DNA of 64,000 nt from an uncultured Flavobacteriales bacterium. Lineage in GTDB: Bacteria; Bacteroidota; Bacteroidia; Flavobacteriales_D; Sanyastnellaceae. The notes under the pieces are model-generated. The model was not told the DNA's origin, searched no databases, and saw only the letters and a program-made list of their open reading frames with translations. Each line of letters opens with the position of its first letter. The stretch's first letter is position 1. The stretch spans positions 7,492 through 71,491 of the forward strand of contig CBFIEJ010000003.1 in assembly GCA_965661575.1 (NCBI GenBank). Direction: 5' to 3'. Made by a program: the position numbers and the translations under genes. This document shows positions 46,366 to 55,990 of the stretch, in pieces.

Positions 46366-46986
46366 ATGCCTGACGAAACACATCCAATTGACTCATTCCT
46401 CACGTGCGCCGCTCCCGCAAGTGGAATGTTCAAGATCAAAGGCTCCAAGCATTACGGGTTCGTATTTCCCATACAGAACGAGTCGGACGTCGAACACCAT
46501 TTGAAAGAGATTCGAAAGAAATACCATGATGCACGACATCATGCGTTTGCCTATCGCCTTGGAATCGATGGCGAGACTTGGAGAACCTCCGATGATGGTG
46601 AACCTAGCAACAGCGCTGGGCCTCCCATCCTAGGGGCATTTAAAAGCCGGAACATCACCAACTGCCTCGGAATTGTTGTCCGATACTTCGGAGGCACCAA
46701 ACTAGGTGTTGGCGGACTCATAGAAGCATACCGCACCGCGACTCTTTATGCCTTGGACGAAGCGAATATCATTGAAGAGGTTCTTGTCAATACGCTCGAA
46801 CTTTCCTTTTCGTACGATATGATCGGAACCGTCATGACCCACATTGACAAATGGAATGCCACACCTGTCGAGCAGATCTTTTTGGAATCGTGCCGAATTG
46901 TGGTGAAGATGCGCCGAGGACAGACAGCTCAATTTGAGAAAGCAACGCAAGAGATATACGGAATCGAAGTCAAGGTTCTTCCTTAG
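46366..46986 (+). CDS. YigZ / IMPACT-family protein
   Basis: KGSKHYGFVFPI, ARHHAFAYRLG, DDGEPSNSAGPPIL and VVRYFGGTKLGVGGL. Start at ATG 46366, avoiding overlap with the capD-like gene. Confidence 0.8.
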   Translation: MPDETHPIDSFLTCAAPASGMFKIKGSKHYGFVFPIQNESDVEHHLKEIRKKYHDARHHAFAYRLGIDGETWRTSDDGEPSNSAGPPILGAFKSRNITNCLGIVVRYFGGTKLGVGGLIEAYRTATLYALDEANIIEEVLVNTLELSFSYDMIGTVMTHIDKWNATPVEQIFLESCRIVVKMRRGQTAQFEKATQEIYGIEVKVLP

Positions 46987-47043
46987 ACGGCGTATTAGAG
47001 CAACGCTTCAAAGCTTCAAGTATCGCATCAAATGAAGCAGAAA

Positions 47044-47080
47044 TAAAAAAGCAGCAACCCAAGGGTCGCTGCTTTTCTTT
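47044..47080. terminator. bidirectional intrinsic terminator between convergent yigZ-like and FG-GAP genes
   Basis: taaaaaa-gcagcaaccc-aa-gggtcgctgc-ttttcttt: GC-rich stem with one mismatch, flanked by an A-run and a T-run. Confidence 0.65.
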
Positions 47081-47110
47081 TCGGAACTGTCTTCGTTTTT
47101 TGTCGACTGA

Positions 47111-49918
47111 TTACTGCAGAATAATCTGCTTCACCAGTGAGCCTTGTCGTGCACTCATTTTGAATACATACGTGCCTTTTGCAAGGTGAGACCAATCCAG
47201 CCACTGGCCTGAACTCGCCATGCCCTGATCGACCAAAGCACCCGTCGTTGTCATCAAGCTCCATTCCATCATGCCTTGCTCAGCACCTGAAATCTGCAGT
47301 TGCACCTGACCGTTGGATGGATTTGGATACATGTCCAAGGCTGTACCAGTGAGTTCTTCAATGCCTGTGACATTGATGGTGAAAGGCACACGTTCAGAAG
47401 CACAAGCGACTGAAGGTGTTTGAACCACCCAATTGTAGAAAAAGTAGTAGTAATTATAGGCATTGTTTCCGCCTGCAGTGCTTTGTGTTATGGATGCCAA
47501 GTCACCGATTGCGTATGGATACTCCATATCCGTTCCGGGCGCATCGCGCCAAAGCTGAGGATCGTCATCCAATGAACGCAATCCGTAGGCGGTTCCTTCT
47601 TCAACTTCAAAATCCAAAACCACCGTATTCATCCCATCAGACACCTCAAACGATCCAGATGCAATCACATCACCATCAGAATCAATGACTCCAATTTCTC
47701 TGACGCCATCTCCGTTTGCATAAACGTCAACACTGTGAATCACAACATCCTCGTAAGCGTCAAAGAGCAACCAGCGAATGCTGTTATCATGGTATTGACC
47801 GTCACCCATTCCCATTCGTCCGCCTGCGTCTTCAATCATATCCTCAGCGGCAATGTCCTCTACCCATACAGTAGTCGAAACCTGAACATCCAAGTCGAAG
47901 CTTGCTCCAACGCCAACGGCTTCTACTGCATTTTCTGAATCGTACCAATGCGTCGTTGCTGAGGTTGATTCAAGCGTGATCAACTGCGGTCCATCCAAAT
48001 CTGTGGGGCCGGTGACAACCGGAGCAACCGGCGCGTCCAAGACCACGACTTCGAATGATTCAGAGGTATTCTGATCTCCGCAGATATCCGTTACAGAGAC
48101 GGAATAAGTCCCTGATTCCGTCACATTAATGCTTTGGGTTTCATCCCCATTGGACCACATCCAGTCTCCAAATGTATCCACCACTAAGTCGACAGAACCA
48201 CCAGCGCAGAAGCTCAATTCACCCATCGCCATCACGACGGGAGCCTCTGGTGCCACCACTTCCACGGAAACCACTGTTGACACAGCGGCACATCCATCGA
48301 TGTCATAAGCGGTCACGCTGTAGTTGCCAGATTCGGTGATGGTCAGGTTCGCTCCAGTTGATCCATTCGACCAAGCATAGCTCACAAAATCACCTTCAAC
48401 GATCACCTCGACAGTTTCTCCAGGGCAGAACGTTGTTTCACCATTGACCGTAAGTGTCAGCTCCGTCATGCATGGCGCTTCGAGCAAGTTGTGGTATTGA
48501 TCGATGCTTGGATTTTCAATCACCGTCTGCATGCCACTTGGCCAGCTAATGGTAGCCGTTTCAACGTTGTCGTTTTCTCCCAAACCAAACATGCAAGCGA
48601 ACGTGTTCGTGATGCCGTAACTCTCACCCGCTCGGATCTCGCGAATTTGCGTTCCGAAATCACCGGTGATCACAACTTTGGCTCCAACAGCGTCTTTATT
48701 GGATTCGATGCCCTCCAAATCGAAAGCAATCCAATGATTGTTGTTTCCTTGGTTCAACCAGAGGATATCGTCGTTGTTGTTGTCTGGGCTGTTGTAACCA
48801 TTTCCATAACTCGCGTACAAATCAGCAAAACCGTCGCGATTGACATCACCCACAGCGAAGCTATGCATTGTATCTCCTGCCACGAACACATTCTGCTCTG
48901 TAAAAGTGCCGTCTCCATTGTTGTGGAAGTATGAATGGAAGCCTCCAGAGATCAGCACATCAACAAAGCCGTCGTTGTCGAAGTCCGTCATTTTCGCTTG
49001 TAAAACAAAACCGCTCGCACCGAGCCCAGCAGCGTCAGTCACATCTGTGAAATAGCCGCTTCCGTCGTTTTGCAACAACTTCATCGTGGTCGAGTGATTG
49101 GTCAAATAACAATCAAAATCACCATCGTTATCGTAGTCCGCATAATCAACCGTCCAGCTTTGCTCATTCAAAACCAAGCCTCGCTCCTCCGCAACCTCCG
49201 ACCAAGTTCCATCTCCGTTGTTCATCCAGATTTGGTTGATACGGCGAGGATCATTCGGGTCGCTCACAAATTGGCGGCACTTTGCAATCGTTAAGTCCAA
49301 GTCGCCGTCGTGGTCAAAATCACAAAAAACAGTGCCGTAATTGCCACTGTGGTCTGTCGAGGGGTAGTCGCTGTAATCATAATTCGTCAAGTCGATGAGC
49401 TCTTGGTCATAATCCAAGGCCGAGCCGTTTCCCTTCCAGATGCGAGAAAGCGCATCATCGTGGCATCCAAAGACATCCAACTGGCCATCGTTATCGATGT
49501 CCGCAAAATTACATGCCTGCATGAACATGGATCCATTGTCCAGGTCAAAATCAGACCATTGCCCAATGCCATCGATATGCTTCACGTGCACCCCATCGTA
49601 CGAGCCTCCGGCAAAAACATCCTTATGACCATCATTGTCATAATCACCAATGGTCATTCCCCATTGGTTATTGGATGAGACGTCACCATAATTGACCTCT
49701 GTAAAGTTTCCAGATCCGTCCTGGTACAAAACCTTGACTGTGGTTGAACCATCGAGCACAACGATATCGTCAAAACCATCATTATCCATGTCGGTAAAAC
49801 CGACGCAGTTTCCGCTATTGTAGCTGTCAGGCAGTGATGACGACGCGTTTGAAAACGTCTGGGCATTGGTGGCAACGGCAAGCAATAAGGCCGTTGTAGT
49901 AAGAGCAAAAATTCGCAT
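47111..49918 (-). CDS. FG-GAP/VCBS-repeat (CRTAC1/ASPIC-like) protein with Ig-like modules and T9SS type A sorting domain
   Basis: Repeated DxDxDGxxD FG-GAP calcium-loop motifs. Two ...C.G..V.L....F..Y.WSNG.T...I.V.ESG.Y.V... modules. C-terminus MYPNPSNGQVQLQI...GTYVFKM. Start at ATG 49918 (MRIFALTT... signal peptide). Confidence 0.75.
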   Translation of the reverse strand: MRIFALTTTALLLAVATNAQTFSNASSSLPDSYNSGNCVGFTDMDNDGFDDIVVLDGSTTVKVLYQDGSGNFTEVNYGDVSSNNQWGMTIGDYDNDGHKDVFAGGSYDGVHVKHIDGIGQWSDFDLDNGSMFMQACNFADIDNDGQLDVFGCHDDALSRIWKGNGSALDYDQELIDLTNYDYSDYPSTDHSGNYGTVFCDFDHDGDLDLTIAKCRQFVSDPNDPRRINQIWMNNGDGTWSEVAEERGLVLNEQSWTVDYADYDNDGDFDCYLTNHSTTMKLLQNDGSGYFTDVTDAAGLGASGFVLQAKMTDFDNDGFVDVLISGGFHSYFHNNGDGTFTEQNVFVAGDTMHSFAVGDVNRDGFADLYASYGNGYNSPDNNNDDILWLNQGNNNHWIAFDLEGIESNKDAVGAKVVITGDFGTQIREIRAGESYGITNTFACMFGLGENDNVETATISWPSGMQTVIENPSIDQYHNLLEAPCMTELTLTVNGETTFCPGETVEVIVEGDFVSYAWSNGSTGANLTITESGNYSVTAYDIDGCAAVSTVVSVEVVAPEAPVVMAMGELSFCAGGSVDLVVDTFGDWMWSNGDETQSINVTESGTYSVSVTDICGDQNTSESFEVVVLDAPVAPVVTGPTDLDGPQLITLESTSATTHWYDSENAVEAVGVGASFDLDVQVSTTVWVEDIAAEDMIEDAGGRMGMGDGQYHDNSIRWLLFDAYEDVVIHSVDVYANGDGVREIGVIDSDGDVIASGSFEVSDGMNTVVLDFEVEEGTAYGLRSLDDDPQLWRDAPGTDMEYPYAIGDLASITQSTAGGNNAYNYYYFFYNWVVQTPSVACASERVPFTINVTGIEELTGTALDMYPNPSNGQVQLQISGAEQGMMEWSLMTTTGALVDQGMASSGQWLDWSHLAKGTYVFKMSARQGSLVKQIILQ

Positions 49919-50029
49919 TGAAAGAGGTTTCGTTGAACAGGTTTGGCAATATAACAGCATTTAGGTCAATTGGTTGTGTTTTTTTTCAATGTGTGTACGA
50001 TTCGAGGAATGAACGCCTCAATTCTGGCT

Positions 50030-50037
50030 TAGCTTTG
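50030..50037 (+). promoter_or_regulatory. -7 promoter element TAGCTTTG upstream of mtaB
   Basis: Exact TAnnTTTG, 4 nt before ATG 50042. Confidence 0.5.
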
Positions 50038-50041
50038 CCCC

Positions 50042-51340
50042 ATGACACCGGGAGGAACTGCCGCTTTTCACACCCTGGGATGCAAACTGAATTTCAGTGA
50101 AACCTCAACCATAGCTCGAGACCTTGCCGATGCTGGCTATGCGCGGGTTGGCATTGATGACGCACCAGACGTAGTTGTGATCAATACCTGCAGCGTAACG
50201 GACCAAGCAGATGCGAAATGTCGAAATGCCGTCCGCCGTGCACGAAACAGCAACCCCAAGGCATTCGTTACCGTTGTCGGTTGCTACGCTCAGCTGAAAC
50301 CGAAGGAAATAAGTGAAATACCGGGAGTCAACCTCGTGCTTGGAGCTCAGGAAAAATTCAACCTTCCGGATCATCTGCTGGCTGCAAATCATCAAGAGTC
50401 GACAGTTGTTGAGGTCAGCCCGATCAAGGAGGTCAAAGCCTTTGTTCCCGGCTTTTCGAGCAATGATCGTACGCGCGCCTTTTTGAAAGTTCAAGATGGC
50501 TGCGACTATTTCTGTTCGTTCTGCACCATCCCCCTTGCACGCGGTCGCTCACGCAATGCATCCATTTCTGAAACCTTGGAAATCGCGAAGAGCGCCGTTG
50601 ACTCCGGAGCGAAAGAAATCGTGTTGACCGGTGTCAACATCGGTGACTTTGGCAAAACGACAAACGAGTCATTCTTCGACCTCGTTCAGCAACTTGATGA
50701 TCAAATTCTTGTGCCGCGCATTCGAATTAGCAGCATAGAACCCAACTTATTGGATCCGAGCATCATTGATTTTGTGGGACAAAGCAAACGTTTTCAGCCC
50801 CATTTCCACATCCCGTTGCAGAGTGGGTCCGATAGAATCTTGAAATCGATGCGGCGGCGTTACCGCACCCAACTGTACGCAGAACGAATTGCATGCATCC
50901 AAAAAAACATGCCGCTGGCGAGCATAGGTGTCGACGTCATCACCGGGTTTCCTGGAGAAGATGAACAGGCATTTGCCGAGACTTATGAATTTTTGCAATC
51001 ACTTCCGGTGAGCTATTTGCACGTTTTCACGTACTCCGAACGTGCGAAAACGACCGCAGTGCGCATGGAAGAGAGCGTACCAGTCAACACCCGAAAAGAA
51101 AGGACTAAAATCTTGAGGACGCTCTCACTCAAAAAGCAGCGTGCGCACTATGCGCGGTTCGTTGGTGAGGCGCGCGAGGTATTGTTCGAAGATTCCACGG
51201 AAGATGGACTTCGGTTTGGCTACACCCCGGAATACGTTCGGGTTGGCGTCGACGAATCAACAGTCGCGGCCAATGAAATTGCTGAAATCAATCTCGCCAC
51301 AATTAAAGCCAGTGGATTCATCCTCGGATCACGGGTCTAA
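50042..51340 (+). CDS. mtaB: tRNA (N6-threonylcarbamoyladenosine37-C2)-methylthiotransferase MtaB
   Basis: UPF0004 N-domain (FHTLGCKLNFSE, VINTCSVT), radical-SAM CDYFCSFC and a TRAM-like C-terminus. Confidence 0.82.
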   Translation: MTPGGTAAFHTLGCKLNFSETSTIARDLADAGYARVGIDDAPDVVVINTCSVTDQADAKCRNAVRRARNSNPKAFVTVVGCYAQLKPKEISEIPGVNLVLGAQEKFNLPDHLLAANHQESTVVEVSPIKEVKAFVPGFSSNDRTRAFLKVQDGCDYFCSFCTIPLARGRSRNASISETLEIAKSAVDSGAKEIVLTGVNIGDFGKTTNESFFDLVQQLDDQILVPRIRISSIEPNLLDPSIIDFVGQSKRFQPHFHIPLQSGSDRILKSMRRRYRTQLYAERIACIQKNMPLASIGVDVITGFPGEDEQAFAETYEFLQSLPVSYLHVFTYSERAKTTAVRMEESVPVNTRKERTKILRTLSLKKQRAHYARFVGEAREVLFEDSTEDGLRFGYTPEYVRVGVDESTVAANEIAEINLATIKASGFILGSRV

Positions 51341-51381
51341 CGTTTCGGAAAAAGTCACTCAACAACAACCCAGCTGAAATC

Positions 51382-52584
51382 ATGTATCCCACTCTCTACC
51401 ATGTTTTTCTTGACCTCCTTGGATGGGATTTTCCTGCGCTAAAATTGATCAATACGTTTGGACTTTTCGTCGCTCTCGCTTTCGTCACCGCTGCGGCTAC
51501 TCTGCGTCGAGAGATGGACCGAAAGGAAACACTCAACATCTTCAGTTCCGCGTCCATCAAGGTCCCTACCGGCGGTCCAGTGAGCATCGCAGAATGGTTG
51601 ACTCAAGCCGCCATAGGTTTTGTCATCGGCTGGAAATTTATCTGGCTATTTGCAAACTCTAAAGATTTGTTTTCTAATGGTTTACCTCAGTCTCACTTAT
51701 TCAGTTTCGAGGGCAATGCAGGCCTCGGACTTTTCTGTGCCGCTCTTTTCCTCGGTTGGAAGTGGTGGGAAACGCGCAAAAGCCGATCTCAGCCTTTGAA
51801 AGAAACAACAGTTGAACTCCCCGCGAGTCGGCATGTTGGGGGGATTGTAGCCGCTGCTGCGATTGGAGGAGTAATCGGAGCCAAACTGTTTCATTTATTT
51901 GAGTACCCCGAAGAATTGGTGCGTTTTTTCACAGACCCATCCCTCTCAAACTTCCTCGGCGGACTGACGATATACGGTGGTCTCATTGTGGGTGGATTGG
52001 CAGTCTATGCTTATGCCAAGAAAAATGGACTTCACTTTTTACATCTGGCTGATTCGGTTGCCCCGGGTTTAATGCTTGGATACGGCGTCGGTCGTATCGG
52101 ATGCCAAGTGAGCGGAGATGGTGATTGGGGCATCCCAAATCCTTCTCCTGCGCCCGAATGGCTGAGTTGGTTGCCGGATTGGATGTGGTCTTATCAATTT
52201 CCAAACAACGTAAACGGCGTCTTCGGAGAGCGATTGGCGGGATACACAGGAAAACTCATCGGCCCCAACGACCCCTGGCCATCCTTCCCCGGATACGGAA
52301 CCTACCTCGATCCGGGAGTGTTTCCCACCGCGTTTTATGAAACGGTGATGGCTACGGTCATTTTCTTCATCCTCTGGCAGCTCCGCAAACGCTTCAAGAC
52401 TCCTGGGGTCTTGTTTGCGATTTACTGCATGTTCAACGGAGCGGAACGCTTCTTCATTGAGAAGATCCGTGTCAATGCCATCATTGAATGGGGTGGCTTT
52501 AGCTTCACGCAAGCGGAACTCATCTCCAGCATCACATTCGTAAGTGGAGCACTCCTACTCTGGTACCTGACAAAGAAAAGATGA
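51382..52584 (+). CDS. lgt: prolipoprotein diacylglyceryl transferase (long form)
   Basis: Polytopic membrane protein. GYGVGRIGCQVSGDGDWG and a C-terminal ...RFFIEKIR... pattern typical of Lgt. Confidence 0.72.
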   Translation: MYPTLYHVFLDLLGWDFPALKLINTFGLFVALAFVTAAATLRREMDRKETLNIFSSASIKVPTGGPVSIAEWLTQAAIGFVIGWKFIWLFANSKDLFSNGLPQSHLFSFEGNAGLGLFCAALFLGWKWWETRKSRSQPLKETTVELPASRHVGGIVAAAAIGGVIGAKLFHLFEYPEELVRFFTDPSLSNFLGGLTIYGGLIVGGLAVYAYAKKNGLHFLHLADSVAPGLMLGYGVGRIGCQVSGDGDWGIPNPSPAPEWLSWLPDWMWSYQFPNNVNGVFGERLAGYTGKLIGPNDPWPSFPGYGTYLDPGVFPTAFYETVMATVIFFILWQLRKRFKTPGVLFAIYCMFNGAERFFIEKIRVNAIIEWGGFSFTQAELISSITFVSGALLLWYLTKKR

Positions 52585-52661
52585 CCATCAGCAGATCCTG
52601 AATCACTTCCATTAAACCATTTGAAGGTGGCGTCCTCTCATTCAACGAGTATGATTGAAAC

Positions 52662-53246
52662 ATGAACGAGAACCCATCCTACGACCAACCTGACTGGTTA
52701 AAAGCACTGAAATCGTCCGATGTTCGGTGCAAGAACAAGGCATTCGTGTGCATGATGGACAAGTGGCAAAAACCCATATATTCTCATCTGCTGCAACTCT
52801 TAGGAAATCATGAGGACGCCGCTGACGCATCGCAGGAAACGTTCATACAAGTCCTCAAATCAATCGACGGATTTGAACAGCGATCCAAATTCTCCACCTG
52901 GCTGTACACCATTGCCCACCGCAAAGGGATTGAAAGTCTCCGGAAAAAATCAAGGCTTTTGCGAAAAGTAAGTGCCGATGATACCGCATTGGCAAACGCA
53001 ACGTCTGCCGCATCTGATGTGCATGGTCTCGATGCTGAAAAAATCATGGCATTGTTAGATCGCGCCGTGAGCGAATTGCCCACACGACAACGTCAAGTAT
53101 TTCTCCTTCACTATTTCGAAGGTCAAACATTCAATGAAATTGCCACAATTACCGGCGTGACAATCGGAGCCCTAAAAGCAAGCTTCCATCACGCGCGCAA
53201 AAAGATTGAAAAAGCCCTTGCACAACGAAATATCAATTTCGATTAA
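52662..53246 (+). CDS. ECF-subfamily RNA polymerase sigma-70 factor
   Basis: Region 2 (HEDAADASQETFIQVLKSIDGFEQRSKFSTWLYTIAHRKGIESLRK) and region 4 (LPTRQRQVFLLHYFEGQTFNEIATITGVTIGALKASFHHARKKI). Confidence 0.87.
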   Translation: MNENPSYDQPDWLKALKSSDVRCKNKAFVCMMDKWQKPIYSHLLQLLGNHEDAADASQETFIQVLKSIDGFEQRSKFSTWLYTIAHRKGIESLRKKSRLLRKVSADDTALANATSAASDVHGLDAEKIMALLDRAVSELPTRQRQVFLLHYFEGQTFNEIATITGVTIGALKASFHHARKKIEKALAQRNINFD

Positions 53247-53277
53247 ACCTCTTGAATTTTAAAACGTCCCATTGGTG

Positions 53278-53622
53278 ATGAAGAATCTTAAGCAGATACG
53301 TGAGGCACACAAGGAGAGAAACTTTCCGGATGATCGCTTCTTCGACGAACAACGCACTCAAATCTGGAGCACGGCCTTGGACCTGCATGATGCCAACCCA
53401 AATGGGTTCTCACCGAAGACTTCACGCACGACTCCGATAGCGGCGGCATTGGTCTTCGCGCTCGCTACAGCAGCAGTTTTGTTGCATTCCTCAAAGCAGG
53501 AACCTTGCAAGACCTTCGCATGCCTCTGGGAAGCAACTGAAAGCATCGAAATAGACGAATCAGAATTGGAGCTGTGGCTTTCGGATGACGCGCTCTATTG
53601 GGAACTTTACGAAGCATTATAA
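53278..53622 (+). CDS. putative single-pass anti-sigma factor
   Basis: Position directly after the ECF sigma, with a single TM (PIAAALVFALATAAVLL). No family signature recognised. Confidence 0.35.
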   Translation: MKNLKQIREAHKERNFPDDRFFDEQRTQIWSTALDLHDANPNGFSPKTSRTTPIAAALVFALATAAVLLHSSKQEPCKTFACLWEATESIEIDESELELWLSDDALYWELYEAL

Positions 53623-53657
53623 AAACACTTTACGAACAGAACATAAAACCAAGAAAC

Positions 53658-54215
53658 ATGAAATCAAAACATCTCATCCAGGCGGTATTCTTTATTTCGG
53701 CATTTTGTCTTTTTGCACCAAACCTAGCTGCCCAGCAGGATGGCACAGAACGCGAACAAAATCAAAAAACAAGAGTGCCTGCAAAAGAAAAAATCGATGC
53801 TTTGCGTCTCGCTTTCTACGTAGGTCAACTTTCTCTGACCCCGGAAGAGAGCGTCGAGTTCTTACCCTTACAGCTCCTAGCCGAGGAAGAGTTAAAAAGC
53901 CATGGGGATCAACTGCGTGAAATCGAAAATCAATTAAGCGCAGCAAAAACAGATAAAGACTGCATCGAACTGATGGAAACAATGGATGACCTGCAACATC
54001 AAGGCATTGACCTGCACAGCAAATGGGCTTTTGAGTTTGCTGCAGTCATCGGATATCAGAGAGCCGCTCAGCTGCCACAAATCGAACGGAAATTCCGAAG
54101 AATGATATTGCAGAAAGAAGGAGTGAAAGGACGAAAGAACCGCGAACAGAAAACCTCTGCTTACAAGCTTGGCCCAGGATTCAGCGAGTCTTTGCAACCA
54201 AGCAAACACCATTGA
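53658..54215 (+). CDS. periplasmic Spy/CpxP-like helical protein
   Basis: Signal peptide (MKSKHLIQAVFFISAFCLFAPNLAAQ), LTPEES-type motif and helical charged composition. It is the third gene of the ECF module. Confidence 0.35.
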   Translation: MKSKHLIQAVFFISAFCLFAPNLAAQQDGTEREQNQKTRVPAKEKIDALRLAFYVGQLSLTPEESVEFLPLQLLAEEELKSHGDQLREIENQLSAAKTDKDCIELMETMDDLQHQGIDLHSKWAFEFAAVIGYQRAAQLPQIERKFRRMILQKEGVKGRKNREQKTSAYKLGPGFSESLQPSKHH

Positions 54216-54591
54216 TGCAAAAGCGTTTCCGAGTGGCCGTTGGTCCATCCGGAAACACATGTCCAAGGTGACCATCACAGGTTTTGCATCGCACCTCAAT
54301 CCTGACCATGCCGTAGGTACGGTCCATGCGCTCCTCAATGTTAGAATTCGGGTGTGGCCGGTCAAAACTCGGCCAGCCGCACCCAGAATCAAATTGAGCT
54401 TCTGATTCAAACAATGCAGAATCACATCCCTTGCAGTGAAAACTACCTTCATGGCCAGGCTTGTTGAACTGTGAGGAGAACGGTCGTTCCGTCCCATTCT
54501 CTCGGAGAACTTGATAAGCCTCTGTCCCTAAGTCAGATTTCCACTCTTCATCTGACTTTTGGACTAGTGCATTCTTGTGCTTATCATCCAT
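54181..54591 (-). CDS. msrB: peptide-methionine (R)-S-oxide reductase
   Basis: Two CxxC pairs (CKGCDSALF; CKTCDGHLGHVF) and GCGWPSF. Confidence 0.9.
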   Translation of the reverse strand: MDDKHKNALVQKSDEEWKSDLGTEAYQVLRENGTERPFSSQFNKPGHEGSFHCKGCDSALFESEAQFDSGCGWPSFDRPHPNSNIEERMDRTYGMVRIEVRCKTCDGHLGHVFPDGPTATRKRFCINGVCLVAKTR

Positions 54592-54597
54592 TGTGCG

Positions 54598-55920
54598 CTA
54601 TCCCTTGTTCGACTTGTTGCGATTGAAAGGCTTCTTGCCTCGATTCCCGTCGCCTCCGTTCGACTTGCCTCCTCGGTGTGGTCGACCTCCTTTTCTACCG
54701 CCATGACCGCCGGATCTCCCACCGTGCCGACCGCCACCCCCGCGGTTCTTCGGGTTGTATTCAGGGCCCTTCCCAAGGCGCTCTGGAATCTCCAACTTCG
54801 GCACTTCCTTCTCGATCAACTTCTCAATTTTACCGAATCGGAATTGATCGTCGGGGTTGATCAACGTCACACCTTCTCCATCTTTGTCTGCGCGCGCTGT
54901 CCGACCGATGCGATGGACATAATCTTCTTCGTTTGGTGGCACATCATAATTGACCACAAGCTCAATGCTATCGATATCAATACCGCGACTCACAACGTCT
55001 GTCGCTACAAGGATTGGAAATTTCTTTTGCCGAAAACCCAACATGACTGATTCTCGTTCTGATTGTTCAGCATCAGAAGAAATCCGTTCACATCGGATGC
55101 CCGCTTTTTTGAGCGTGCGCGTGATTTGAGAAACTGTTCGTTTTCGTGACGTGAAAACAATGCCCGATTTTACGTTTCGATCTTTCAAAACTTCCACCAA
55201 GACCTCATCCTTTTGGTGGTCAAACAAGACGTAAGCCCCTTGTTTGATTTTTTCCGCTGGCTTTGACAATGCCAGCTTGACTGTAACGGGATTGTTGAGC
55301 AAATCCTTCGAGAGGGTCTCGATGCGGTCCGGCATTGTTGCACTGAACAACAGGGTTTGCCGTTCTTTTTTGCACTTTTCTGCGATCCGCATGATGTCAC
55401 CATGGAACCCCATGTCCAGCATGCGATCAGCTTCGTCCAGAATCAAACACGTGAGCTCAGACAGGTCGACATAACCCAAGGTCAAATGAGAGAGGAATCG
55501 ACCAGGTGTGGCAATGATAATATCCGCTCCTTTTGTCAGCGCTTTCTTCTCTCGAGAAAAGTCATGTCCAGACCCTCCACCATAAATGGCCAAGCTTGTG
55601 ACTTTGGCATAATAGCCAAATCCTTCTACGGCTTGATCGATTTGCTGTGCCAATTCTCGGGTCGGCACTACGATCAGAGCTTTGATTTTGCCATTGTCTG
55701 GCGTATCCAAAATGCGGTCTATCGTAGGCAACAAAAATGCCCCTGTCTTCCCAGTGCCTGTTTGAGCAATGCCCATGAGATCTTGTCCATCCAATATCTT
55801 TGGAATGGATTCTGATTGAATCGGTGTTGCCTCCTGAAAACCCATTGCTTCCAGCGCGTCCATGACGTCTGGGTGCATGTTCAATGCATCAAATCTGACG
55901 CGTTCGTTGTTATCTTCCAC
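54598..55920 (-). CDS. DEAD-box ATP-dependent RNA helicase with RGG-rich C-terminal tail
   Basis: Q motif (F...ATPIQ), AQTGTGKT, PTRELA, DEAD, SAT and HRIGRTAR. GTG start is required to retain the Q-motif Phe. Confidence 0.92.
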   Translation of the reverse strand: MEDNNERVRFDALNMHPDVMDALEAMGFQEATPIQSESIPKILDGQDLMGIAQTGTGKTGAFLLPTIDRILDTPDNGKIKALIVVPTRELAQQIDQAVEGFGYYAKVTSLAIYGGGSGHDFSREKKALTKGADIIIATPGRFLSHLTLGYVDLSELTCLILDEADRMLDMGFHGDIMRIAEKCKKERQTLLFSATMPDRIETLSKDLLNNPVTVKLALSKPAEKIKQGAYVLFDHQKDEVLVEVLKDRNVKSGIVFTSRKRTVSQITRTLKKAGIRCERISSDAEQSERESVMLGFRQKKFPILVATDVVSRGIDIDSIELVVNYDVPPNEEDYVHRIGRTARADKDGEGVTLINPDDQFRFGKIEKLIEKEVPKLEIPERLGKGPEYNPKNRGGGGRHGGRSGGHGGRKGGRPHRGGKSNGGDGNRGKKPFNRNKSNKG

Positions 55921-55990
55921 GGCTTAAAGGTAGCTCGCTTGCAACTAATGCCCCCTTTCCGCTGTTGTTTATCTGTATTACATCACTAGA

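Noticed and set aside
53934-54497. 187-aa minus-strand ORF
   Set aside because: It overlaps msrB in another frame and the Spy-like gene antisense, while msrB motifs are unambiguous in the 54181-54591 frame.
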